64,000 nt of DNA from an uncultured delta proteobacterium (GTDB lineage: Bacteria; Myxococcota; Myxococcia; Myxococcales; Myxococcaceae), in the NCBI GenBank assembly GCA_963796055.1, contig CAWCKH010000004.1, positions 2,432,001-2,496,000 of the forward strand, in the 5' to 3' direction. Of this stretch, positions 49,017-59,090 are shown piece by piece. A model generated the notes under the pieces. It was not told where the DNA came from. It ran no database searches and saw only the letters and a list, made by a program, of their open reading frames with translations. Every line of letters starts with the position of its first letter. Within the stretch, counting starts at the first letter, position 1. A program made the position numbers and the translations under genes.

Positions 49017-49043
49017 AGAACGACGCCGGTCTGGAGCGGTTAC
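49017..49043 (-). promoter_or_regulatory. Putative autoregulatory ECF promoter
   Basis: Minus strand GTAACC-N15-CGTTCT just upstream of the sigma gene; AAC/CGT is the common ECF pattern. Confidence 0.5.
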
Positions 49044-49154
49044 GGCCGTCCGTGGTCGGCGCTTGCGCGGGCCCGGGCGGTGTCCTCACCGACTCGCGGA
49101 GAGCCCGGCGAGATCCACCAGCGTGGACGGGGGTTCTGCACCGCAGGCCCTGAG

Positions 49155-49985
49155 CTACGGGGCATAGCCGCTGGCCGGGCTCCTCAGCCGCGCCCGCACG
49201 CTGTCCAGCGCATCCCGGTACAGCCGGTCGTCCTTCCGCGACACCGCCTCAGCGTAGAGCGGCTCGGCCGCCTCCCAGTAGCCGAGTGCCTCCAGCACCA
49301 GGCCGAGGTCGTATGCGGCGGCGGCGAGCTCCGGATGGCGGACGTGCACCGACTCGAACGACGCCCGCGCCTCCTCCAGATCCCCACGGGCCGCGGCGGT
49401 CGCTCCGGGCTGGAGCAGGGGGCTGTCCACGTCCAGCTCGACCTCCTCCACCCGCGGCCGGGGCGCGAGCGCCCGCAGCAGGTCGTCGACGGCGCGGAGA
49501 CTCGACTCCAGCAGGAGCTGCTCTCGAGCGGCGCGGGAGACGTCGGTCGGGCTCTCGGTCCCCTCCACCAGACCACCGGTCTCGTACGGCTCGCTCCAGG
49601 GACCTTCGGGCGAGCGGGACACCCGGGTCAGCAGCCGCACCCGGGCCTGTGGCTCGGCGTCGCCCTCCTTGCTCCGCGGGGAGGCGAAGCTCCACTGGGC
49701 CACGTCCAGGGAGACGTAGGCCCGTCGCCCGCTCGCGTCCACCGGGTCGCCCGGCTTCCAGGCCTCGACCTGGAAGAAGCCCTGCCGCGCGGACCGGCCG
49801 TTCAGCGTGTGGACGACGACGCCTGGCGAGTCGTCCGGCCCGTCCACTCGAACCAGAGAGAGCACGCGCGCCCGCGGCCCCAGGTCCACCACCGCGGGGG
49901 CGGGCCGGGCGACGCGCATCGTCGGGGCGCAGGCTCCGAGCAGGAGCAGCCCGGCGAGCGCGCTACGGCATCCTCCCCACCGCAT
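49155..49985 (-). CDS. TPR-containing lipoprotein
   Basis: LLGAC lipobox; C-terminal AAYDLGLVLEALG..AEPLYAEA TPR. Confidence 0.75.
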   Translation of the reverse strand: MRWGGCRSALAGLLLLGACAPTMRVARPAPAVVDLGPRARVLSLVRVDGPDDSPGVVVHTLNGRSARQGFFQVEAWKPGDPVDASGRRAYVSLDVAQWSFASPRSKEGDAEPQARVRLLTRVSRSPEGPWSEPYETGGLVEGTESPTDVSRAAREQLLLESSLRAVDDLLRALAPRPRVEEVELDVDSPLLQPGATAAARGDLEEARASFESVHVRHPELAAAAYDLGLVLEALGYWEAAEPLYAEAVSRKDDRLYRDALDSVRARLRSPASGYAP

Positions 49986-50679
49986 CCATTCCAAAGGTCA
50001 GCTCCGCCTGCCAGGGTCCCGCCGGGAACCCGTCCAGCACCAGCACCCGGTCGAGCGCTCGGAGCGTCTCCAGCCCGAGCCTGCCGAACTCGACCCCCAG
50101 CGCCGGGGGAGTCCTGGGGCGAGACGTGCCGCCCGTCAACCACACCGTCGCGCCGTGCAGCAGGAGACGTCCGCTGGCGAGCTGCAGCTCGAGCAGCACC
50201 GGCACGCCGAGCCGGGCATCCTTTGGCAGCTCGCCCGATTCGAGCTCCACGCCGGCGCCCCCGCGCGAGAGGTCTCGCACGCTCCACGCCTGGGTGGTGC
50301 CCTGCGCCTTGAGGTGCACCGGGACCCGCGGGTACCGGCGGGATTTCTCGTGGCGGTGCGCCTCGAAGAGCCGGAGCAGGGCGGCGTCGAGACCCTTCCG
50401 GCTCCTGCCGGGCACGTACCGGATGTTCAGGAAGTACTCGCCCGAGGCAGCGCGACGCACGTCCACCACCTCGCCCATCACCTCGACCGGATGGGAGACC
50501 GACTCGGCGGTGAGCTCGAAGAGGAACTTCGTTCCTCGTTCCAGCGGCCGCTGGCTCGGCAGCGACACCCCGCCCTTGCCGACGCTCTTGGTGAACGCCT
50601 GCAGCAGCGACTCAGGGCTCCGGTACGAGATCCGAAGCCGGACCGGCTGGAGGGAATGCGGGGCGGCCGGAACGTTCAT
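49963..50679 (-). CDS. Tandem PilZ-domain protein (myxobacterial type)
   Basis: The C-terminal domain has RRYPR and DLSRGG; the N-terminal domain is a degenerate PilZ. Confidence 0.8.
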   Translation of the reverse strand: MNVPAAPHSLQPVRLRISYRSPESLLQAFTKSVGKGGVSLPSQRPLERGTKFLFELTAESVSHPVEVMGEVVDVRRAASGEYFLNIRYVPGRSRKGLDAALLRLFEAHRHEKSRRYPRVPVHLKAQGTTQAWSVRDLSRGGAGVELESGELPKDARLGVPVLLELQLASGRLLLHGATVWLTGGTSRPRTPPALGVEFGRLGLETLRALDRVLVLDGFPAGPWQAELTFGMDAVGRMP

Positions 50680-50760
50680 CGGCGAACGACAAAGTTCCCG
50701 GAAAGTCGAGGTGCCCACAAGCCCCGCAGGGGTAAGGCGGCCCACCTTTCTGGCTTGATC

Positions 50761-50794
50761 GTGGAAAGAAGTGGTATGGAGTGGATCAGCAGGG
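50761..50794 (+). promoter_or_regulatory. MraZ binding repeats
   Basis: GTGG at 50761, 50771 and 50781 (10-bp period), plus AGGG at 50791, directly upstream of mraZ. Confidence 0.8.
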
Positions 50795-50816
50795 ATCTCC
50801 AGCAGCAGGCAACTTT

Positions 50817-51281
50817 GTGTTCCGGGGCGTCTACGAGCACCAGATCGACGCGAAAGGGCGGACCAGCCTCCCGGCGAAGCTCCGGGAGACGCTGGTGGGC
50901 GCCTACGACGAGCGGCTCATCGTCACCAGCGCTCTCGACCCCTGCCTGCACGCCTACCCGGTGCGCGAGTGGGAGCAGCTCGAGGCGGCCCTGGCCACGC
51001 GCAACCCGATGGAGCCCGGGGTGAAGACCTTGATGCGGCTCTACGTGGCCCCGGCCCAGGAGTGCCCGCTGGACAAGCTGGGGCGGCTGCTGATCCCGCC
51101 CAGCCTGCGCGCCCACGCCGGCCTGGAGAAGGACGTGGTCTGGGCGGGGATGGTGAAGGTCATCGAGCTGTGGAGCCGGGACGGCTGGCGCAAGGCGCAG
51201 GAGGACGCGCGTGGTGCCGCCGACTCGGCCGACGTCATGCGCGTGCTCACCGAGCTGCGCCACGGAAGGGAGCAATCGTGA
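50817..51281 (+). CDS. mraZ: Division/cell wall cluster repressor MraZ
   Basis: [24 protein letters not shown] and IELW motifs. Confidence 0.95.
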   Translation: MFRGVYEHQIDAKGRTSLPAKLRETLVGAYDERLIVTSALDPCLHAYPVREWEQLEAALATRNPMEPGVKTLMRLYVAPAQECPLDKLGRLLIPPSLRAHAGLEKDVVWAGMVKVIELWSRDGWRKAQEDARGAADSADVMRVLTELRHGREQS

Positions 51282-51667
51282 CCAAGGCGGCGAAGAAGGC
51301 GACGGCGGTCGAGACCGAGCCGTCGCTCAGGCTGAAGCACACCACCCTGTCCTGCATGGGCGAGCTGGACCGCGACGCGCTGCGGGCCATCCGCGACCGG
51401 ATGGTGCGTCTGCTGGATCAGGGCTGTGTGTGGCTGGTGCTGGACCTCACCGACTGCAGCCACATGGACTACCGGGGCGTCCCCTGGCTCGTCTCCCAGG
51501 CGGAGGAGTACCGGCGCCGCGGCGGCGACGTGAAGCTCGCTGGCGTGTCGCGCTACCTGCTGGCCATCCTCCGTGCCGCGGGTGCCCACGACGCCTTCGA
51601 GATCTACCCGGACGCCGGTGACGCCCGGGAGGCCCTCAGCCAGGGCCACAACGCCTGGCTGCACTGA
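51278..51667 (+). CDS. STAS domain (anti-sigma antagonist-like) protein
   Basis: [20 protein letters not shown] and [10 protein letters not shown] motifs; GTGA overlap with mraZ. Confidence 0.85.
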   Translation: MTKAAKKATAVETEPSLRLKHTTLSCMGELDRDALRAIRDRMVRLLDQGCVWLVLDLTDCSHMDYRGVPWLVSQAEEYRRRGGDVKLAGVSRYLLAILRAAGAHDAFEIYPDAGDAREALSQGHNAWLH

Positions 51668-51683
51668 GGCAGCCTGCCGTCCC

Positions 51684-52596
51684 TTGCCGTTCGTCCACGC
51701 AACCGTCCTCCAGGACGAGGTGGTGCAGCTCTTGAAGCCGAGATTCGGGAATCCGCCTGGTGGACGCGACGCTCGGTGGTGGGGGGCACGCCGAGGCCCT
51801 GCTCGCCGCCGGGGCCGAGGTCATCGGCGTCGATCGCGATCCGTCCGCCATCGCCGCGGCGCGCACCCGGCTCGCGGGCTCCGAGCGGTTCCGGGCCCTC
51901 GAGGGACGCGCCGGGGAGCTGGAGGCCCTGCTCGGGCCCATGGGTCTGCTCCCGGTGGACGGGGTGCTGCTCGACCTCGGGGTGAGCAGCCCGCAGCTGG
52001 ACACGCCCGAGCGCGGCTTCAGCTTCCAGGCCGAGGGCCCGCTGGACATGCGCATGGGCCACACCGGCGAGACCGCGGCCGAGCTGATCGCCCGGCTGCC
52101 CGAGTCCGAGCTGGCCGCCGTGCTCCGGGACCTCGGCGAGGAGCCCTTCGCCAGGCCCATCGCCCGGGCGCTGAAGGCGGACCTGCCCACCACCACGCTC
52201 GCCGCGGTCGAGTCGGTGAAGCGCGCGGTGCCGCGCCGGGCCTGGCCCTCGAGGGTCCACGTGGCCACCCGGACCTTCCAGGCGCTGCGCATCCGGGTGA
52301 ACGACGAGCTGGGCGAGCTGGATCGCGTGCTCGCCTCGCTGCCGCGGCTGCTCCGCATCGGTGGCCGGGCGGCGGTCATCGCCTTTCACAGCCTCGAGGA
52401 CCGCGCGGTGAAGCAGGCGTTCCGGGCGCTCGAGGGCCGCTGCACCTGTCCGCCCGGGCTGCCGGTGTGCGCCTGCGGTGCGCAGGGCACGTTCAAGGTC
52501 CTGACCCGCCGGGCAGTGCAGGCGTCGGACGCCGAGATCGAGCGCAATCCCCGGGCGCGCAGCGCGCGCCTCCGGGCCGTGGAGAGGGTGGCATGA
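51684..52596 (+). CDS. rsmH: 16S rRNA m4C1402 methyltransferase RsmH; apparent +1 frameshift near 51744
   Basis: [15 protein letters not shown] is in one frame; [26 protein letters not shown] and [11 protein letters not shown] are in the next. Confidence 0.93.
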
Positions 52597-52976
52597 GCCG
52601 GAGATCGGGCAAGGGGCGCCGGGTGTCGATCGGCGCGGTGCTGGAACAGATGCTTCCGGTGGTCCTGTGCTTCGGGCTGCTCGGAGGGGTGGGCATTCTC
52701 CACGTCGCCTCGCGAAGCCAGGTGGTGGACGCCGCCTACCGGCTGTCCGCGCTCGAGGCGGAGAGCCGCACCCTGTCGCTGGCCAACGACCGGCTGAAGC
52801 TGGAGCTGGCAACCCTGAAGCGCCCGGCGCGCCTCGAAGCGCTGGCCCGGGGGCAGCTGGGGATGGGACCGGCGGACGCGTCGGTGGTCGACTCGGTCGC
52901 CGCCCGCCCCGCCCCGGTATCGACCTTTGCGGCCGAGGGCCGGCGCACCCTGGCCGATCGCCGCTCGCCGCGATGA
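52593..52976 (+). CDS. ftsL: Cell division protein FtsL
   Basis: TM plus coiled coil [24 protein letters not shown]; lies between rsmH and ftsI. Confidence 0.85.
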   Translation: MSRRSGKGRRVSIGAVLEQMLPVVLCFGLLGGVGILHVASRSQVVDAAYRLSALEAESRTLSLANDRLKLELATLKRPARLEALARGQLGMGPADASVVDSVAARPAPVSTFAAEGRRTLADRRSPR

Positions 52977-54976
52977 TTCCCCGGCGGTCCACCGAGCGTG
53001 GCCGTCCTCCCGCGGAGCTGACCCGCTGGACCCGCGCCCGGGTGCTCATCATGGGCGGGCTGCTCATGGCCGCCCTGGGGGCAGCGATGGTGCGGGCCAT
53101 CAGCCTTCAGGTCGTCCAGCGCGCCCGCCTGGCGTCGATGGCGACCGATCAGACGGTGCGGGAGATGGAGATCCCCGCCCGCCGTGGCGACATCTACGAC
53201 CGCCGTGGCATCCCCCTGGCCCAGAGCGTGGAGGTCGACTCGCTCTGGCTGGACCCGTCGATGGTGGCCGATCTCCGCCGCGCGGCGCGTGACCTCGCCC
53301 GGGCGCTGCACCTCGATCCGTCCGAGCTCGAGGCCCGGCTGTCCCGCGGCCGCCGCTTCGCCTGGGTGAAGCGCCAGGTGACACCCCAGGAAGTCGCCGC
53401 GGCCCAGCGGCTGGAGATTCCCGGGCTCGGCGTGGCCAAGGAGCCCAAGCGCTTCTACCCTCAGCGCGAGCTCGGGGCGCAGGTGCTGGGCGTGGTGGGC
53501 ACCGATGGGCACGGGCTCGAGGGGCTCGAGCTGGCGTTCGAGGACGAGCTGTCCGGCCAGAGCGAGAAGGTGGAGGGGACCCGCGACGCCCGCGGACGGA
53601 ACCTCCTCCTCCAGGGAGCGCCGGAGGCGGTGGGCCGCCAGGGCGCGACCGTCACCCTCACCCTGGATCGCCAGCTGCAGTACGTGGCGGAGAAGGCGCT
53701 GGACCGCGCGGTGGAGGACAGCAGGGCCATCGGCGGGATGCTGGTGGTGCTCGACCCGCGGAGCGGCGAGCTGCTGGCCATGGCCCAGTCGCCTCGCTTC
53801 AACCCCAACGCTCCGGCGCCGGGCATCGCCGCCGGTGCCCTCCGGGACCGGCCGGCGCTGGACCTGTTCGAGCCGGGGAGCACCTACAAGGCCTTCGTCG
53901 CTGCGGCGGCGCTCGAGAACCGCGCCGTCCGCCCCGAGGACACCTTCGACTGCGAGGGCGGCAGCTGGGAGGTGGGACGCCACGTCATCCACGACACCCA
54001 CCCGCACGGCACGCTGACCCTCGCCCGCATCCTCGCCGTCTCCTCCAACATCGGCGCCGCGAAGGTGGCCCAGCGGCTGGGGCGCGAGGGAATGATGCGG
54101 ACCGCCCGGCGCTTCGGCTTCGGCGAGAAGACCGGGCTCGCGCTCCCTGGCGAGGGCCGGGGCAGCGTCCCCTACCCCAAGGCCGACGTGACCCTGGCCA
54201 CGCAGGCCTTCGGGCAGGGGCTGAGCGCCACCGCGGTCCAGGTGGCAGCGGCCTACGGGGCGCTGGCCAACAAGGGCGTGCTGATGCGTCCGTACCTCGT
54301 GGCCCGGGTGACCGACCCGGACGGCGTGGTGCTGCTGGAGAACCAGCCCACCCGGGTGCGCCAGGCGGTCAGCGAGCGGACGGCCCGTCAGGTCCTCCAG
54401 ATGCTGGAGGGTGTGGTCCAGAAGGACGGCACCGCTCCGCGCGCCGCGCTCGAGTCGTACCGGGCGGCCGGAAAGACCGGCACGGCGCAAAAACCCGACC
54501 CGGTCGCACGGGGGTACTCCGACAAGCGCATCGCCAGCTTCGCCGGCGTCGTCCCCGCCGACGATCCGCGGCTGGTCATCTATGTGGTCGTCGACGAGCC
54601 GAAGACCGACGTGTATGGCGGCCTGGTCGCCGCCCCGGCGTTCAAGGAGGTCGCCACCGCGGCCCTTCCCTACCTGGGCGTCCCACCGTCGCTTTCCGCG
54701 CTTGCCAGCTCCAAGAAGGTTCCCATCACACCCCCGATGCAGGTAAAGGAGGAGCCCGCCGCGGCCCAGCCGGTCACCGAGCGGCTGGAGCAGGGGAGTG
54801 TGTCGGTCCCGAACGTGCAAGGACAGGTCGGTCGTGATGCCGTGGCGCGTCTGCTGGCGACCGCCCTGGAACCCAGGCTTCGTGGAAGTGGACGGGTGAT
54901 GGCGCAGTCGCCCGCCCCGGGCGCGCACGTGGCGCGTGGGGCGAGAGTGACGCTCGAGCTGGGCGCCGCACCCTGA
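52973..54976 (+). CDS. ftsI: Class B PBP FtsI with C-terminal PASTA domain
   Basis: RRGDIYDR, EPGSTYK, SSN, KTGT and VPNVQG (PASTA) motifs. Confidence 0.95.
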   Translation: MIPRRSTERGRPPAELTRWTRARVLIMGGLLMAALGAAMVRAISLQVVQRARLASMATDQTVREMEIPARRGDIYDRRGIPLAQSVEVDSLWLDPSMVADLRRAARDLARALHLDPSELEARLSRGRRFAWVKRQVTPQEVAAAQRLEIPGLGVAKEPKRFYPQRELGAQVLGVVGTDGHGLEGLELAFEDELSGQSEKVEGTRDARGRNLLLQGAPEAVGRQGATVTLTLDRQLQYVAEKALDRAVEDSRAIGGMLVVLDPRSGELLAMAQSPRFNPNAPAPGIAAGALRDRPALDLFEPGSTYKAFVAAAALENRAVRPEDTFDCEGGSWEVGRHVIHDTHPHGTLTLARILAVSSNIGAAKVAQRLGREGMMRTARRFGFGEKTGLALPGEGRGSVPYPKADVTLATQAFGQGLSATAVQVAAAYGALANKGVLMRPYLVARVTDPDGVVLLENQPTRVRQAVSERTARQVLQMLEGVVQKDGTAPRAALESYRAAGKTGTAQKPDPVARGYSDKRIASFAGVVPADDPRLVIYVVVDEPKTDVYGGLVAAPAFKEVATAALPYLGVPPSLSALASSKKVPITPPMQVKEEPAAAQPVTERLEQGSVSVPNVQGQVGRDAVARLLATALEPRLRGSGRVMAQSPAPGAHVARGARVTLELGAAP

Positions 54977-54993
54977 GCAAGGACAAGGCGTAC

Positions 54994-56499
54994 ATGAAGT
55001 TGACCGAAGTGTTGGCAGGGATTGGTGCCGAGCAGCAGTCCGGCTCGCGGGCGTCGCTCGAGGTGTCGGGCGTGGCGCACGACTCGCGGAAGGTGAAACC
55101 GGGCGACCTCTTCGTGGCCATGCCGGGTGCCTCGGTGGATGGTGCGACCTTCATCGCCGAGGCCAAGCAGAAGGGCGCCGCCGCGGTGGTGGCGCAGCGC
55201 GCGGTCCAGGCGGACGGCCCGGTGTTCCAGGTGGCCAATGCCCGTCAGGCCCTGGCGCTGATCGCGGCGAACTTCTACCGGAAGCCGGCCGGCGAGCTGA
55301 TGCTGCTCGGGGTCACCGGGACCAACGGGAAGACGACCACCACCTGGCTGCTGGAGGCGATCTGCGCCGCTGGCGGCGCGGCCACCGGGCGGATCGGCAC
55401 CATCGACACCCGGTTCGCCGGCCGCTCGCTCGAGCCCACCCACACCACGCCGGACGCACTGGCTCTGCACGGGCTGTTCCGGGAGATGGTGGACGCCGGC
55501 ACCGACACGGTGGTGATGGAGGTCAGCAGCCACGCGCTGGACCAGGACCGGGTGCATGGCCTCATCTTCCGGGCGGCGGGCTTCACCAACCTGAGCCGGG
55601 ACCATCTCGACTACCACCCGGACATGGAGGCCTACTTCCAGGCCAAGCGGAAGCTGTTCAGCGAGAACCTGAGCCCCGGCGGGGTGGCGGTGGTGAACGG
55701 CGACGACACCTACGCCGCGCGGCTCTACAACGAGGTCCGCTCCAGCAAGCGGATGGCCTGGAAGTTCAGCCGCAACGGCGGGGAGATCTCCGCCGCCGGG
55801 GTCGAGTATTCCATCGCCGGAATCAAGGCGACGCTCAAGACTCCCGCGGGGGACATCGCCATCCAGTCGGCGCTGGTGGGCCCGCACAACCTCGAGAACA
55901 TCCTCGCTGCGGCCGGCATGGCGCTGGGGGCGGGCTTCAGCCGCCAGGACGTGAAGGAGGGGATCGCCCGGATGAAGGGCGTCCCGGGCCGGATGGAGCG
56001 GATCGAGTCCGAGGGCCGGGTGGCCCTGATCGACTACGCCCACAGCGACGACGCGCTCCGCCGCTCGCTCGAGGCCGCGCGCACCCTCGCCCGCGGGCGG
56101 GTGGTGGTGGTGTTCGGCTGCGGCGGCGACCGGGACAAGGGCAAGCGGCCGCTGATGGGCCAGGCGGCCGCGGAGAACGTAGATCTGGTGGTGGTCACCA
56201 GCGACAACCCGCGCACCGAGGACCCGGACGAGATCATCTCCCAGATCACCGCCGGGGTGGAGAAGGGTGGCCTGCGGCGGATGAGCGCCGGCAAGGCCAA
56301 GAGCGGCGAGCGCGGCTACCTGGTCGACGCCGACAGGCGGGCGGCCATCGAGCTCGGCGCATCGCTCTTGAAGGACGGCGACGTGATGCTGGTGGCGGGC
56401 AAGGGCCACGAGGGGTACCAGATCGTCGGAACCGAGAAGCGGCCCTTCGACGACGTGGCCGAGGCCCGCGCCGCACTGGGCAAGGCCGGAGGGGCCTGA
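54994..56499 (+). CDS. murE: UDP-MurNAc-tripeptide synthetase (meso-DAP type)
   Basis: TGTNGKTT, MEVSSH, DHLDYH, DYAH and DNPR motifs. Confidence 0.97.
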   Translation: MKLTEVLAGIGAEQQSGSRASLEVSGVAHDSRKVKPGDLFVAMPGASVDGATFIAEAKQKGAAAVVAQRAVQADGPVFQVANARQALALIAANFYRKPAGELMLLGVTGTNGKTTTTWLLEAICAAGGAATGRIGTIDTRFAGRSLEPTHTTPDALALHGLFREMVDAGTDTVVMEVSSHALDQDRVHGLIFRAAGFTNLSRDHLDYHPDMEAYFQAKRKLFSENLSPGGVAVVNGDDTYAARLYNEVRSSKRMAWKFSRNGGEISAAGVEYSIAGIKATLKTPAGDIAIQSALVGPHNLENILAAAGMALGAGFSRQDVKEGIARMKGVPGRMERIESEGRVALIDYAHSDDALRRSLEAARTLARGRVVVVFGCGGDRDKGKRPLMGQAAAENVDLVVVTSDNPRTEDPDEIISQITAGVEKGGLRRMSAGKAKSGERGYLVDADRRAAIELGASLLKDGDVMLVAGKGHEGYQIVGTEKRPFDDVAEARAALGKAGGA

Positions 56500-56510
56500 C
56501 GCCGCCGCCG

Positions 56511-57905
56511 ATGGCCGCCGAGCCGCGGTTCACCCACACCGAGGTCGTCAATGCCACCGGAGCCCGTCCGACCGCGACCCCGGCGGCTGCCTTCGAGGGC
56601 GTGTCCACCGATTCCCGGACGCTGACCCCGGGTGCGCTCTTCGTCGCGCTCCGGGGTGAGCGCTTCGACGGCCACGCCTTCCTGGCCGACGTCGCCGCCC
56701 GGGGCGCGGCGGGCGCGGTCATCCAGGCCGGGCACCCGCGCTCCGCGGTTCCGCCTGGATTTCCCCTCTACGAGGTGTCCGACACCCTGCAGGCGCTCGG
56801 AGGGCTGGGGCGGCTCCACCGCCGACGCTTCCGGCTGCCGGTCGGGGCGGTGGGGGGGAGCAACGGCAAGACGACCACCAAGGAGATGGTCGGCGCCATC
56901 CTCGCGGTGCGCGGCCCCTCGCTGAAGACCGAGGGGAACCTCAACAACGAGGTGGGGCTGCCGCTGACCCTGCTCCGGCTCCGCCCCGAGCACGTGGCGG
57001 CGGTGGTCGAGCTGGGGATGAACCACCCCGGGGAGATGATCCGCCTGGCCTCCGTCGCCGAGCCGGACGCCGCGCTCATCACCACCATCCAGCCCGAGCA
57101 CCTCGAGGGGCTGGGCAGCATCGAGGGCGTGGCCCAGGCCGAGGGAGAGCTCTTCGCCGGCCTGTCGGAGGTGGCGACCGCGGTGGTCAACCTCGACGAC
57201 CCCCACGTGGCGCGTCAGAGCGCGCGTGCCCGCGGTCCCCGGATCGGCTTCGGCCGGGCCTCTGGCGCGGTGGTGCGGCTGGTCGAGGCGACCGCGCGGG
57301 GGAAGAGCGGCCTCGGCCTGGTCATCGAGGTGACCGGCCGGCGCTGGCCGGTGTCGCTCGGCTTCGTGGGTGAGCACAACGCGCTCAACGCCACCGGCGC
57401 CTTCGCCCTGGCCACCGCGCTCGGGTACCGCCCCGAGGAGTGTGTCCAGGGCCTGGAGGCGGCCCGCCCCTACGCCCGGCGGCTCAACGTGGTGGAGGCC
57501 GCCGGCGGCTGGACGGTGGTGGACGACTGCTACAACGCCAACCCGGCCTCGATGGCGGCCGCGCTCGACACCGCCCGCACGCTCGCCGCCGGCTCCCGGG
57601 TGGTCGCCGTCCTCGGCGACATGCTGGAGCTCGGGCCTGGCGAGCAGGCGGAGCACGTGGCGCTGGGTGCGCGCGTGTCGCAGGTGGCGGCCCTGGCCGC
57701 GTTCCTCGGCCCCCGGAGCGTCTGGAGCGCCGGGGCGGCGCGGGGCATCGAGTCGGCACACTTCCTGGAGGTGGAAGCTGCCTGGAAGTGGCTCGGCCCC
57801 AGGTTGCGGCCGGGTGACCTCGTCCTGGTGAAGGGCAGCCGCGGCATGCGGCTGGAGCGGATGGTGGAAAAACTGACCGGAGCGGCGGCTTCCGGGGGAC
57901 ACTAG
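56511..57905 (+). CDS. murF: UDP-MurNAc-pentapeptide synthetase
   Basis: GSNGKTTTKE, NLNNEVG, ELGMNH, DCYNANP and KGSRG motifs. Confidence 0.97.
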   Translation: MAAEPRFTHTEVVNATGARPTATPAAAFEGVSTDSRTLTPGALFVALRGERFDGHAFLADVAARGAAGAVIQAGHPRSAVPPGFPLYEVSDTLQALGGLGRLHRRRFRLPVGAVGGSNGKTTTKEMVGAILAVRGPSLKTEGNLNNEVGLPLTLLRLRPEHVAAVVELGMNHPGEMIRLASVAEPDAALITTIQPEHLEGLGSIEGVAQAEGELFAGLSEVATAVVNLDDPHVARQSARARGPRIGFGRASGAVVRLVEATARGKSGLGLVIEVTGRRWPVSLGFVGEHNALNATGAFALATALGYRPEECVQGLEAARPYARRLNVVEAAGGWTVVDDCYNANPASMAAALDTARTLAAGSRVVAVLGDMLELGPGEQAEHVALGARVSQVAALAAFLGPRSVWSAGAARGIESAHFLEVEAAWKWLGPRLRPGDLVLVKGSRGMRLERMVEKLTGAAASGGH

Positions 57906-57917
57906 CGAATCTGACAG

Positions 57918-59084
57918 GTGCTCTTCCTCCTCTACGGACTGCTGCGGGACTCCCAGGCACAGCGGTTCTTCAACTTCCTCCGTTACCCCACCTTCCGCAT
58001 CGTCGCGGCGGGGATCGCGGCGCTGCTGATCGGCCTGTTCTGGGGGCGGCGCTTCATCGAGCAGCTGCGCCTCACCCAGCACGGGCAGAGCAACGTGCGC
58101 GAGGACACGCCGGACCGCCACCAGTCCAAGAAGGGCACGCCGACCATGGGCGGCACGCTGATCCTGGTCTGCATCGGCCTGGCGACGTTGCTCTTCGCCG
58201 ACCTCTCGTCCCGTGTGGTGTGGGTGGCGCTGCTCTGGACGTTCGGCTACGGCTTCATCGGATTCCTCGATGACTGGCTGAAGCTGTCGAAGCGGAACAG
58301 CAAGGGGCTCGCCGGCCGAAAGAAGCTCTTGCTGCAGACGCTGTTCTACGCGGTGGGCATCTTCGGCATCCTCTGCACCTGGAAGGGCGGGGTGCCGCAC
58401 CTCCTGATCGAGACCCGGATCACCGTCCCCTTCGTCCCCACCCGGCACTTCAATCCCGACCTGGGCTGGCTCTACGTGTTCTTCGGCTGGGTGGTGGTGG
58501 TCGGCACCTCGAACGCGGTGAACCTGACCGACGGGCTCGACGGGCTGGCCATCGTGCCCACCATCGTGGCCGCCACCACCTTCGCCATCCTCTGCTACGT
58601 GGCCGGCAGCGGGCTCCACATCGCCGACGTCCAGGAGGTCGCCGGGCAACAGCGGCTGGTGAGCACCCCACTGTGGCGCTACCTGGGAATCCTCCCGGTG
58701 GCCGGAGGCGCCGAGCTGGCGGTGTTCTGCGCCGCGATCGTCGGCGCGGGCCTGTCGTTCCTCTGGTTCAACGCCTACCCGGCGAGCGTCTTCATGGGAG
58801 ACATCGGCTCGCTGGCGCTGGGGGGCGGTCTGGGCGGCCTGGCGGTGCTGAGCAAGAACGAGATCGCCTCGGCCATCATCCATGGCGTGTTCCTGGCCGA
58901 GGCGCTGTCGGTGATGATCCAGGTGGCCTCGTTCAAGATGACGGGCCGCCGGGTGTTTCGGATGGCGCCGGTGCACCACCACTTCGAGCTCAAGGGTCTG
59001 TCCGAGCCGAAGATCATCGTGCGCTTCTGGATCGTCTCCATCGTCTGCGGCGCGGTGGCGCTGATGACCCTCAAGCTGCGCTGA
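57918..59084 (+). CDS. mraY: Phospho-MurNAc-pentapeptide transferase
   Basis: KKGTPTMGG, NAVNLTDGLDGL, FMGDIGSL and MAPVHHHFE motifs. Confidence 0.98.
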   Translation: MLFLLYGLLRDSQAQRFFNFLRYPTFRIVAAGIAALLIGLFWGRRFIEQLRLTQHGQSNVREDTPDRHQSKKGTPTMGGTLILVCIGLATLLFADLSSRVVWVALLWTFGYGFIGFLDDWLKLSKRNSKGLAGRKKLLLQTLFYAVGIFGILCTWKGGVPHLLIETRITVPFVPTRHFNPDLGWLYVFFGWVVVVGTSNAVNLTDGLDGLAIVPTIVAATTFAILCYVAGSGLHIADVQEVAGQQRLVSTPLWRYLGILPVAGGAELAVFCAAIVGAGLSFLWFNAYPASVFMGDIGSLALGGGLGGLAVLSKNEIASAIIHGVFLAEALSVMIQVASFKMTGRRVFRMAPVHHHFELKGLSEPKIIVRFWIVSIVCGAVALMTLKLR

Positions 59085-59090
59085 CGGCCC

